Positions 48,765-59,630 of a stretch of DNA of 64,000 nt are shown here, piece after piece. The DNA is taken from NCBI GenBank assembly GCA_002269645.1, contig NIVC01000099.1, positions 124,001 through 188,000 on the forward strand, read 5' to 3'. Made by a program: the position numbers and the translations under genes. Below the pieces are notes generated by a model. It was not told the DNA's origin and did no database searches. It saw only the letters and a program-made list of their open reading frames with translations. How positions within the stretch are numbered: the stretch's first letter is position 1; every line of letters begins with the position of its first letter. Source of the DNA: Macrostomum lignano. Taxonomy: Eukaryota.

Positions 48765-48861
48765 TTCCGCTGCAGGGCGGTCCGAAGACGCAGCGGGGAG
48801 GCGAGCGTCGCCCATTTCGCTAATCCCTGAAAGACCCGCAAAGGCTAGGGCGCGGGGCCGG

Positions 48862-51800
48862 TCAGGGAGGTCTGCCGGTCCTGTCTGTAGCGTTGTCTTC
48901 GGTGGGGAAGACAGAGGCTCGTTTGGTAGCCTGGAGGAACTGGATGAGCCGTGGGATGTTCTCGGGCCGGCAAACGTCGTCCAGGGACGGGTTGGGCCCG
49001 AGGTGGCTGGTCTCGGTTGAAGGCCGGGCAGTAGCAGACGAAGTGCTTGGCATCTTCGTTCTCGAGGCTGCAAAGGGGCAGAGTTCACTCGGGCGAACAC
49101 TTCGGAGGAAGCAGTGCCTGGCAAAGCAACCGTGACCTGTGAAGGTCATAGTGAGAGCGCGGATATCTTTTCGATTTTGATTCAAAAGGATTCTATGCAG
49201 CTTGAGGGATGGATTGGGCACTGCAGCACGGGACTGGCGGCAGTTGAAATGCCACCCCATATGCGTAAGTGCAGGATGTCCGCCCAGTCATTCATCTCAC
49301 GATTAATGACCGTGGCGGGGATGGGGGCCAGGGGCACGGGGCCAAGGAGCGAGCCAGAACTACCGCCTTTGCGAGCTCGTTAACTTTGAACCCAGCGTGT
49401 CCTGGGATCCACGTAAGCCGGGCGGTGTTCCTCCAAGCCAGCTTGTTGAGCTGCCCGATACAGTCACGGACTGTTCGGGAGTTCGTAGTGGTGTGACACA
49501 GGGCCTGCAAAGCGGCTTGGCTGTCAGAGTCGAAGAAGATTCTTCTGTCCTTGAAGTCCCTGCAGTGGAGCTCAGCTGCACAGGAGCTGATGGCAAGGAC
49601 TTCGTTCTGGAAGACGCTAGAGAGTCTGTCAGTGTGTTGGGCGTGAGTAGAGATCACGCGGCCGTTGATAAGGATACAGACTCCAAAGCCGGATAAACCG
49701 TCTTTGGAGGATCCGTCAGTGAAGCAGTGAACCTCCTGAGGGGCCCAGCTGTCGTTGGCGTTCTCCCTGGAGGGGATAGTGACCTTGAAGCGTTGGTAGA
49801 GATTGAGGGAGCGCGGCTCAGCGTCCGAAAGAACAGCCGTACTCCCGCTCTCCTCCAGAACTTTAAGGCACAGGTCAGAGTGCGGCCGGAGCTTGCGCTT
49901 CGCCATCGCTCTTTGTGGCTTGAAGCTAACGCCACCCTCGATTAGCCGGCGGGTGGTTTTAGCAGCCTCGCGACGGACAAAGATGTCCAGAAGGGGGGGG
50001 CAGAGAAAGGCGTTGAGGCCGTCAAAGGGAGCAGAGAGCGGGGCATTCAGAATCATGCGGCACGCGCGTCCCTGCACCTTTTTAAGGGCTTCGTAGCAAG
50101 TTTTAATCTGCAAAGCGCAGGTCCAGATTAGACCGGCGTAAGTAACGGCCGGTCGGACCATTGCGGTGTAGATCCACCAGAGCCGTTTCGGGTGAGGCCC
50201 CAGGTGGTGCCAACGGCTCTGCGCAGCTGCGCAAGAATCGCGAGGGCTTTTTTGGTTTTGGCCTGAACGTGGGTGGACCAGCTCAGCCGGTGGTCCAGCG
50301 TAACGCCGAGACACTTGGTTTGCTTGCAGGATGGGATTTTCACCCCGTAAAGTTTTAGTGGGCGAATACGCCATTTAACCCTGCTAGTGAACATGATCGC
50401 GACAGTTTTGGTCTCGGAGAGTCTGAGGCCGCACCTGTCCGCCCATTGTTCAGCAGAGCGAATGAAGTTTTGCAGAAGATCCCTAAGGGTTTGGGTGACG
50501 GTCTGGATGCTACGGCTGTAACATCATCGGCGTAACCGACCTTAAGGATGGGGTCAAGATGGCTGTCCTGAAGGAGCTCATCGATGACCATGTTCCAGAG
50601 AACTGGAGAAAGGACACCGCCCTGGTGGCCCAGCAGGTGTGCGGTGGCAGTGCGGTGGCTGATCATATACATGATCCACCGGGTGAGGTGCGAGTGGGTT
50701 CCTCTAGCACGTAGAGCTCTGTCGAAAGCCTCAAAGAGGACATTATCGAAGGCTCCAACAATGTCGAGGAAGACAGCGAGAGCGTAGCCATTACCAAGAA
50801 CGGCTTTCTCCAGCATGTCGACCAAGACATGAAGCGCACTCTCCGTGGACCGGCCTGCCCGAAAGGCATGCTGGTTCTCACTGAGCGGCTTGTTCTTCAG
50901 TTCCACAGAGAGGAGGCGCCAGAGCACCAGTCTCTCTAACAGCTTCACCAGTGAGGAGGTGAGGCTGATTGGTCTGAAGGATTTAATGGACCGGTAGTCC
51001 GGTCGGCCGGGCTTGGGGATAAAAACCACCTTGGCCTCGGTCCAGGGTTTCGGAACAAAGCCGAGAGCAATGCAAACTTTCAGAAGCCGGCAAAGGTTCC
51101 GCAGGAAACCGGTGCATTTCACCGCCTCTCGCAGGAAAGCTGGCACAATGCCGTCCGGTCCTGGGGATTTGAAGGGTTTGAAGGAGGAGACTGCTTTAGC
51201 AACGCGGTCCTCCGTAATGATTGAGTCAGCCAGTACGTGTCCACCCACTGAATGATCAGGGGGGGGGGTCGGGCCTGGCTGGCTCGCACGAGAAAAACGC
51301 TGTTAGCATCGCCTCCAGCGTTTCTCCTGGGTTCTCAGTGAGCGAGCCGTTGGCTTTCTTTACTGAGGAGAGTTTGGACATTTTGTCCAGAGTGAGGGCT
51401 TTAACGATTCTGGAGGTGGGGCGGGAGCCCTCAAGTTCCCCACAGTATTCGCGCCACTTATTGGTTTTGGCGTTCCTAACCTGCCTCTTGAACTCGTGGA
51501 TTGAGTTCAGGTAGGCGGTTTGGTCGGCCGGATTTTTAGTTTTTTGGGCCTACGGTGAAGTCTTTTGGCTCTGCGACGGAGGTCGCAAGCTGCGGGTTCC
51601 ACCATGGGGCCGACTGTTTGCCTTTATATGCCTTTAGTGGGCATGAGGCTTCGAAGGCAGCAGTGAGCGAGTCCGTAAGTACGGCCGCAAATTCATCTGC
51701 TTCCTCGCAGGTTTTGATGGAGACTGGAGTGCTAGTGCAACGATAGGTCTCCTCCACGTCAAGCCTGAAGGCGGTCCAATCGGTATTCCTAGCATTCCGT

Positions 51801-51870
51801 TTCCAGTAAAGCTGGCCTGCGTTTCGGGCGCTGGCCAGCGTGAAGGAGATGAACTTGTGATCAGAGAGGG
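48862..51870 (-). pseudogene. LINE ORF2 (APE remnant, RT, RNase H), multiply frameshifted
   Basis: Only SLSDHKFISF of the endonuclease remains; RT and RNase H are split over several frames. Confidence 0.88.
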
Positions 51871-53204
51871 ACGCTAGATCTGATCTCTAGAGAGGATCTG
51901 ATCTCTGTGATCAGAGAGTAATCCCACCAGTTGGAAGGCTGAGCCATGCCGTCGTCCAGTTCCCTCAGCTGGCTTTCAGTGTTTTTGCGAGCGGCACGAG
52001 TCCGCTCGAGGCGAAGTCTCAGAGACTGAGCTTCGTCAAGTGCGCGCTGGATTAGCCCGGACCGCCGGTTACTGCGGGCGGGTCTACGCCCGCGCGAGGC
52101 GGACTCAGCAGCGCGAGTCTTGTTAGGCTTGTTAGGCTCGGGATCGGGTTGCTGCTGCCGTTTGGCCGGCGGAGCCTGAGCCCCAGCTCCGGGAGCGGCG
52201 CGCTTCCCGTCGTTCTTGGTCTCCACCTTGCCCTCCTCACAGCGGAGGATGGTCAGTTGATGGAGACCAAGGTGGAGGTTTGAGCCATGCGGTAGCCGCT
52301 TGGCCCATCCCTCCGTCAGGCCGAGGATGACGGTGGCCCCGGTCGTGCCCTTGCGGACCGTGTTGTGGTACACAAGACCACTGACGTCGAGATCCGGGTG
52401 CCGCTTGAGCAGGAGCTGCCGCAGCTGCTCCCCGGACTTGATTGCACTGTCGGCCGGGACCCAAATCATATGGCGGATGTTCTTCGGCCGCTCGCTCTCC
52501 AGGGCGAAGGTCAGCTGGCCCAGGTCGCTGTGCCAGTCGCACTTGGGCAGTTGATCTCGCAGGAGCTGGGTGCTCTCCTCGGATTTGCACCACAGTAGGA
52601 TGCACCCGTTCGCCTTGGTGGACTTGACGATGTCCACGAAGACGCCCTCCAGGGTTAGGTTTAGGAAGCCCTCGTCGATGGTACGCCACGCGACGTCGAG
52701 CTGCTCGGGCGTCAGGTCGAAATCCCCGCCGAGGATCATCATGGCGGGTTGCAGCGGCTGCTTGACCTTGGAGGCGTAGGATTCGGAGGTCTTGAGCGGG
52801 GCCGCTTTGTCCTTGGAAAGCGGTAGGCCGGCAGGATTGCCCCCCTGAGAGTCCGAGGACACGGCGGTTCCTGACGGCCCAGCAGTGCCACCGGACTCTC
52901 CAGAGGGCCTCCCCGCTGCGGTGGCTTCCGAAGGCCTCACCGCGGCTTGCCCGCCCTCCGCGGACGCAGCAGCAGCCCGCTTCTCCTGCCGCTTACGGTT
53001 GCGGCGGATATTTCGCTGCCGTCGGGACTCGGCCGTGCGCGGTCGGCTAGCCTGGCGGCCAGGGTGCTCGACGGCAGCGTCAGCTGGCCCTGTTGGACCA
53101 GGTTGGGCGTTGGTGCTACCAGTGGTAGCTACCGGAGCGGCTGATCCCGGTGAGCCAGAGGCGACCGGGTCAGTTTCTTTTGAGATGGTGGCGTTAGTGG
53201 CCAT
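51861..53204 (-). CDS. LINE ORF1 protein (447 aa as read; true C-terminus probably deleted)
   Basis: Long open frame upstream of ORF2; central IWVP...LLKRHPDLDVSG...TVILGL block resembles ORF1 of insect LOA/R1-type elements; ends in a rearranged junction. Confidence 0.75.
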   Translation of the reverse strand: MATNATISKETDPVASGSPGSAAPVATTGSTNAQPGPTGPADAAVEHPGRQASRPRTAESRRQRNIRRNRKRQEKRAAAASAEGGQAAVRPSEATAAGRPSGESGGTAGPSGTAVSSDSQGGNPAGLPLSKDKAAPLKTSESYASKVKQPLQPAMMILGGDFDLTPEQLDVAWRTIDEGFLNLTLEGVFVDIVKSTKANGCILLWCKSEESTQLLRDQLPKCDWHSDLGQLTFALESERPKNIRHMIWVPADSAIKSGEQLRQLLLKRHPDLDVSGLVYHNTVRKGTTGATVILGLTEGWAKRLPHGSNLHLGLHQLTILRCEEGKVETKNDGKRAAPGAGAQAPPAKRQQQPDPEPNKPNKTRAAESASRGRRPARSNRRSGLIQRALDEAQSLRLRLERTRAARKNTESQLRELDDGMAQPSNWWDYSLITEIRSSLEIRSSVPL

Positions 53205-53699
53205 AGCTGAAAGCGGGGGAGGGCTACTCGTTACGCGAGTTGAGTAACCCGACTGGCCGACACCTCAAGCCAACCGGTTTGAAAAAAGGACCGCTAGCGA
53301 CCGGACTACTCCCCGGCCTTCCAGCCCATCGGCACGGTCAAACACCTTAGGCATTAGAGGGTACGTTAAGCAGTACCACGGCCTGCAGGCTGGCAAGCCA
53401 GACCCGCATGCCCAAATTCGGCCGAAGCCACTGGATGGGTCCCCAGCGCCGGAGCCCAGTCTGTCCAGCAGCCCTAGGGTCTGCCTTGAACACACGCGGG
53501 GACGAGTACCACTGGGTCGACTTGCGAGACAGCGTGGGGGGGGGGGTCTGCAGCTGCCAGAAGCAAATAGAGGGTGCAGACCTCCCACCAGCCTTGACGT
53601 GCTAAAGATAGGGGCAGGCGTGAAGCATCGCAGACCTTAGCTCGTAGGCCTAGTCTGTCTCATACTTCACTGGCATGCTGAATACGCCTTCGCGTGCAG

Positions 53700-54000
53700 T
53701 CGAGGGCTGCACAGGCGCCTCAGGGAGAGATCAGATAGAGTGCAGCTTTCCTTATATCCACTAATCGACCTGTTGCACAGGGAGGCGACTCTCGTGCCAC
53801 TTCAGCTTGCCCTGGTTCAGCAAGGTGTCCAAGAGCGTCAGCACAAAGTGAAGTACCGGGATATGCAGGAGAAAGTGGAGCGGTACTGGGCACGCCATGA
53901 CGCCGGACAGCTATCGCTAAGAGAATTTCTACAAGACTGCTCCCGCCTCGGCCACATCCCGCGATTCGGACACATTGGTGTGAATCTTGTGCAGCAGTGA
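53700..54000 (+). pseudogene. C-terminal fragment of MULE transposase
   Basis: VEG(W)HRRL with a one-base deletion, then LYPLIDLLHREA...YRDMQEKVERYW...GQLSLREFLQDCS, typical of MULE transposase C-termini; DDE core absent. Confidence 0.65.
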
Positions 54001-54819
54001 TTTATTTCTTTCGTGAGCTCTATACTGGCGTTTTTATTCTGGCAATTGAGAAGAACAATGTATTTATTGCTTGCAACTTTATGATTTTCTATGCATATGC
54101 AAAAATGTTTTCGCGACTTCTTTTGAAAATAAATAAATTTCATTTACATGCACATATACTGGTATTTGTGTTGTTAACATGTACTCCTGGAAGTAACTCC
54201 TTATTAATAGAAAAGTTGGTTTAAACCAGTTGTGACTCTTGTGTACAAGCAGTACAACAGTCTCTAAGCGGGAAGTTCTGTTATTTTTTCTTGCATATTT
54301 TCTTGCTCATTTGTGAATTTCGCAATACTCTCAATATTATAATTATTTATTTATTATATACCAGCTACTATATCTACAATAAATCAATCGCTAAAACTTC
54401 TTTATAAAAAATCGTTGTCGTTCCTTGTCTTGCGGTTTTATTTTATCAAATACAGTTAAAGTTGAAATGAAAGACATCAATGAATAAAGGAGATAGGGTA
54501 TGTACATTCAATACATACATGTACAAACGTGCATGTATAGCTCGCTGAGTAGGTCAGAAATTAATTTTCAAAACAAAACACTTTTGCGAGGCCAAACTTG
54601 AAATGTTCGAACGTACAGAAACTGATAACTGGAAGAGCAGTTTATCCCTGCGCGGTTCATTTCAGGAGAGTGAAAAGTCGAGTAATATCTGTACATAAAA
54701 ATTGAATAACTGGTCGGCGGTGAGAGAGTGCGATAATCTGTTTTTATGTGACAGTTATATGAGTGCAGTGTAGAAGTATTACTAATTTGTACGAGTCACA
54801 AGAATGGGTGAGAGAATTG

Positions 54820-56095
54820 GTGAGAGTGCAGAGTGAGAATGAGTGAGAGAGTGCAGAGTGAGAATGAGTGAGAGAGTGATGAGTGAGAGAGTGCAGAGTG
54901 AGAATGAGTGAGAGAGTGCAGAGTGAGAATGAGTGTGAGAGTGCAGAGTGAGAATTGGTGAGAGAGTGAGTGAGTGAGTGAGAATTGGTGAGAGAGTGCA
55001 GAGTGAGAATGAGTGAGAGAGTGAGTGAGTGAGTGAGAATGAGTGAAAGAGTGCAGAGTGAGAATCAGTGAGAGAGTGAGAATTGGTGAGAGAGTGCAGA
55101 GTGAGAATGAGTGAGAGAGTGCAGAGTGAGAATGAGTGAGAGAGTGCAGAGTGAGAATGAGTGAGAGAGTGAGAATTGGTGAGAGAGTGCAGAGTGAGAA
55201 TGAGTGAGAGAGTGCAGAGTGAGAATGAGTGAGAGAGTGCAGAGTGAGAATGAGTGAGAGAGTGCAGAGTGAGAATGAGTGAGAGAGTGAGTGAGTGAGT
55301 GAGAATTGGTGAGAGAGTGCAGAGTGAGAATTGGTGAGAGAGTGCAGAGTGAGAATGAGTGAGAGAGTGCAGAGTGAGAATGAGTGAGAGAGTGCAGAGT
55401 GAGAATGAGTGAGAGAGTGCAGAGTGAGAATGAGTGAGAGAATGAGTGAGAGAGTGAGAATTGGTGAGAGAGTGCAGAGTGAGAATTGGTGAGAGAGTGC
55501 AGAGTGAGAATGAGTGAGAGAGTGCAGAGGGAGAATGAGTGAGAGAGTGCAGAGTGAGAATGAGTGAGAGAGTGAGAATTGGTGAGAGAGTGCAGAGTGA
55601 GAATTGGTGAGAGAGTGCAGAGTGAGAATGAGTGAGAGAGTGCAGAGTGAGAATGAGTGAGAGAGTGCAGAGTGAGAATTGGTGAGAGAGTGCAGAGTGA
55701 GAATGAGTGAGAGAGTGAGTGAGTGAGTGAGAATTGGTGAGAGAGTGCAGAGGGAGAATGAGTGAGAGAGTGCAGAGTGAGAATGAGTGAGAGAGTGAGT
55801 GAGTGGGTGAGAATGAGTGAGAGAGTGCAGAGTGAGAATGAGTAACAGAGTGCAGAGTGAGAATGAGTGAGAGAGTGCAGAGTGAGAATGAGTGAGAGAG
55901 TGAGTGAGTGAGTGAGAATGAGTGAGAGAGTGCAGAGGGAGAATGAGTGAGAGAGTTCAGAGTGAGAATGAGTGAGAGAGTGAGTGAGTGCAGAATGAGA
56001 ATGAGTGACAGAGTGCAGAGTGAGAATGGGTGAGAGAGTGAGTGAGTGCAGAATGAGAATGAGTGACAGAGTGCAGAGTGAGAATGGGTGAGAGA
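54820..56095. repeat. GA-rich minisatellite, about 25-bp unit GAGTGAGAGAGTGCAGAGTGAGAAT
   Basis: Tandem variants inside the MULE. Confidence 0.95.
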
Positions 56096-56974
56096 CTGAG
56101 TAAGATTGAGTTGATTCTACATGCTTGAGTAGTACAGATTCCGTTAATTCCTGGCAGTTTGTCCAGACAGCCAGACCGAGGTTGACTCAGCAACTACAGC
56201 TATTTGAGATTCAGCTTGATAGATAATTTGAATATTATGTGGTTACAGTTAGGGTAGCAATTAAATAAGTTTTTTATTTTCGAATTGACCCCGCAGTTTC
56301 GAAACAAATCGAAAGCAAACGAATCACTGGGCATATGTGCTTCTGGAAGTTGCCACTCGCGGATTAAATTAGTTGACAGCTGCATGAGCCAGCGAATGCA
56401 TTTTTTATTCCAGGTTCTGTGCTGTTGTTGTAGCATTCTATGCTTTACTGCCGGTGGGTTTTGAGACAAGCAATGTGTACGGGTCTCTCAAACTAAAAAA
56501 TAACGACTTTGCGATGAGGTACAGGCGCAGATGGAGGAGTTGGGAAAGATAGCTATAGCTGAGATTGTTATCGAAACTAGTACGCATATTTTTGTGCAGT
56601 TACTAAGCAACTGTTTTGTCAAGCACATCTGCTCTCTATGGAGATCATAAAACACTTAAAGGGCAGCTTAATTTCTATGCGCAAAATGACAATACTCATC
56701 CAGCATTGTGTAAACATACGGGTGATATATGAGTCGGCAAACTAGATCGCAAAAGGCCGTGTATATTGAAGACGTGAATGAGTTATTGAAATCATGCACA
56801 ATCACGAGTAGCTTACCAATCAATTAAGACTATTGGTCGAAAATGTGTCTACCGGTACAGGCATGTCTCTAGCCTTGCATCTGAATCTGGTCATTCTCCG
56901 CTATTTTTTCCCAAAACATCCTTCCTGACTTCAAATATTTTTAACTCGTATGCACGCAGCAGCAGCTGTTTTCC

Positions 56975-57600
56975 GCTCTCTCTCTTCTCCTTTCTACTCT
57001 CTCCCTTCTCCCTTCTTCTCTTTCCTCTCCTCTCTCTTCTCTCCCTTTCCCTCTCTCCTTGTCCTCTCGATTCTCCCGAATTCTCTCGATTATCTATACT
57101 CTCTCCTCACTCCACTTCTCTCTCCCATTGTCTCTCTCCTCTCTGCTCTCACATATTTCTCTTCCCTCTCCTCTCTCCTCTCATCTCTGTAATCTCTTCT
57201 CTCTCCTCTGTTCTAGCTCTACTCTCACATCTCTTGTCTCTGCTCTCTCATCTCTCCTTTCTCCTCTTTCATCTCTCCCATCTCATCTCTTGTCTCTTCT
57301 TTCATCCTTCCTCTCTCGTCTCTCCCCGCTTCTCTCTCCTCTCGTCTCCTCTCCTCTCTGCTCTCCTCTCTCATAACTCCTCTCTCCTGTCTCATCTCTC
57401 TACTCTCTCATCTCTACTCTCTTGTATCTCCTCTTCTACTTTCTCATATCTACTCTCTCCTCACTCGATCATCTCATCTCTCTCATCTCTACCTCTTCTC
57501 ACCTCTACTCTCTCCTCCCGTTTCTCTCGCCCCTCTTTTCTCTCTCCCTCCTCTCTCCCCTTCTTCTCTCCCCTCTCCTTGATCACTCCTCTCCTCTCAC
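56975..57600. repeat. CT-rich low-complexity tract
   Basis: Degenerate polypyrimidine sequence. Confidence 0.9.
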
Positions 57601-58261
57601 AGTAAATGTATGAAATCTTCCGATGGAATAAGCTACGGGAGTTTTTTGATGAGGATCTGCCGGGAAAGTAGTATGAAGTTGTATATAAATGAATTTGTAT
57701 TTAAAATTTTATTTAGCTTTCTATTCAAAAGCCTTCCTGCAATTGCAAAACTACATGTATCTAGTAAAAATCCTAAAAAGCATTTTCTTGTGCTAAAAAC
57801 ATTTAGACTGTTAGTTAAATCAGCTTAGCTATTGTATTCATTCATTGCGATGTATTTTTTAGATGTCATTTTAACTTTTCGGTGAAAATTTGCTTTTACA
57901 ATAATTAAAAAAAGCTCATTCGATTCGAGATGTTGCCCCTTAAGTTTTTACTGGGCCACGACTGCCCCCCCCCCACATCCTGAAACCTCTGGACGCGCCT
58001 CTGTTCCCTTTAATTTCAGCTCACTATCACACCTCCCTCCCTCCCAATCTTATCATAGCCACTATATTCTACTATAAACTCCTATACTGATCCTGTTCTA
58101 TCCCATTCGATTTTCGACTTTCGAACTCCATCAATGTTCGCCCCACACAGTAGTACATGTACACTTCACCAACTTAATGGCATCATTTCAAGCACCATTG
58201 TAATTTGTAACTTTGTTACAATTACGAAGTCGACGAGGGTTGGGGATTCGAGTTAGTGGAA

Positions 58262-58300
58262 ACCACAGATACTATATAATAGTTATATAGTATCTGTGGT
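58262..58300. repeat. Perfect 18-bp hairpin ACCACAGATACTATATAA-TAG-TTATATAGTATCTGTGGT
   Basis: Exact inverted repeat with a 3-nt loop, flanked by GGAA on both sides. Confidence 0.9.
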
Positions 58301-59630
58301 GGAAACTATTTTTTTTTATTAACTATAAGTTCCGGCAAGCAGAACCGGATCGATCGACAGGTTTTATCAACCGAGATGACAAAATGACTGGAATTCATTA
58401 GGATTCCAAGTACATGTAAATATGTTTGATTGCCACATTTGCTTCGTTGAAACTAATATGATTGGTGGATGACGAAATGACTCTCTTCAGGTAGTGCCTG
58501 CTAATTAAGATGACGAAGTGACCCTAGTCGAGGTGGGGTGATGCACCACCCCAGATGACGAAATGGCAGACGACGAAATGACTAGGAACTGCGAAAATCG
58601 AGATGTACGTTTCCATGTCAACAATTTGTACGTGTAAATATAATTTTACGTCCTACTCTACATGACATGAGATTTAAGTACACTTAAGCACCTATTATTA
58701 AGGTCCACATCAGCCATTAGCAAGACAAGCAAGAGGCAGCATCAAACGTTAAAAATTAGCCTTCAGCGATTGAACAGGTAAACTAACTACCAAGGAACTA
58801 TGGAAAGGCTTTATAAGTTTATAATGCAAATTAACTGGCCCAAATTACCGCAAAATTGGCCTACTCGTATTGAATTCAAAAGGTGAACTGCTGTCCATGC
58901 TCAAATGCTTCTGAGTTTTTAACTAGCTCTCGTGACCAGATTGAGCACGAAATGGCCCAGACAGAACGCAAAGAGACATCATAGAGACTGGTCTTGACGA
59001 ACAGCTCCAAGATCTGATTCATGGCATTCATGTTGCTGCATAAGAAACGAGCGCGAGCTGTTTTATTTGCATGGACCAGTCAAAAATAATGTGAATTACA
59101 TGCAGTTTCGCGGAAAAGAGATATGCCAAAATTAATTAGTTTTTAATACCAAATCAAGCAAGCAGCTAAAAAGAAGAGAGAAAATTGTAAAATTTTAGAT
59201 ACATTGTGAACGACGCAAACTGCAGCTGCAGGCAAAAAAATGCATCTGAAATTCGCCCGAGAGAGACCGGCAATTGCGAAGCTGCCGCCCAGCCTCAGGC
59301 ACTCACCGGTTATCTCACTGGTATTTAGCCTCAGGCGAGCGAGCATTATTGTGTTGTTACTCTCGCGTTTGAGAGTAAGTTGCCCAATGGAGAATAAAAA
59401 TTTGACCAGGTTTAGTGCAAGCACAATGGCAAAAAACTCAGACTCACAGACAAGCTCAAACCCCGCCACAGTGACCACCCCACACTCTCGGTTCCATAAA
59501 AGCCGCTCGCCCCCTCGAGCACCTGCTTTTTTCGCTGCTGCATCATCTCATTTTCGTCTGCCAGACTGCTGAGAGCTTAAGAGCCGAGCTTCGAAGGTCC
59601 AAGTCCGAAGAGGGAAGGTAGAGCACCAAC

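Larger units (their letters stand above)
48765..53640 (-). mobile_element. Non-LTR retrotransposon with RT and RNase H (LOA/R1-like), defective
   Basis: ORF1 plus fragmented ORF2: KSPGPDG, FIPKPG...RPISLTS, VFLDIVGAFD, QGGVLSP, GYADD, RNase H FTDGSS...VFQNE...DSQAAL...WIPGH, C-terminal CPF...HFVC.CP zinc-knuckle-like segment. Ends approximate; no TSD seen. Confidence 0.9.
48193..58590 (+). mobile_element. Mutator-like (MULE) DNA transposon, 10.4 kb, defective, with nested LINE and repeats
   Basis: Exact 8-bp TSD GCGAAAAT (48185-48192, 58591-58598); ungapped imperfect TIRs match at 26 of 36 positions in register with the TSD; GACGAA(A/G)TGAC subterminal motifs at both ends; PHD-finger and transposase C-terminal remnants on the plus strand. 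Confidence 0.78.

Noticed and set aside
53200-53700. HDV-like ribozyme in the LINE 5' UTR
   Set aside because: Such ribozymes occur in some LINE clades, but I could not fold a convincing nested pseudoknot by eye; needs an RNArobo or Infernal search.
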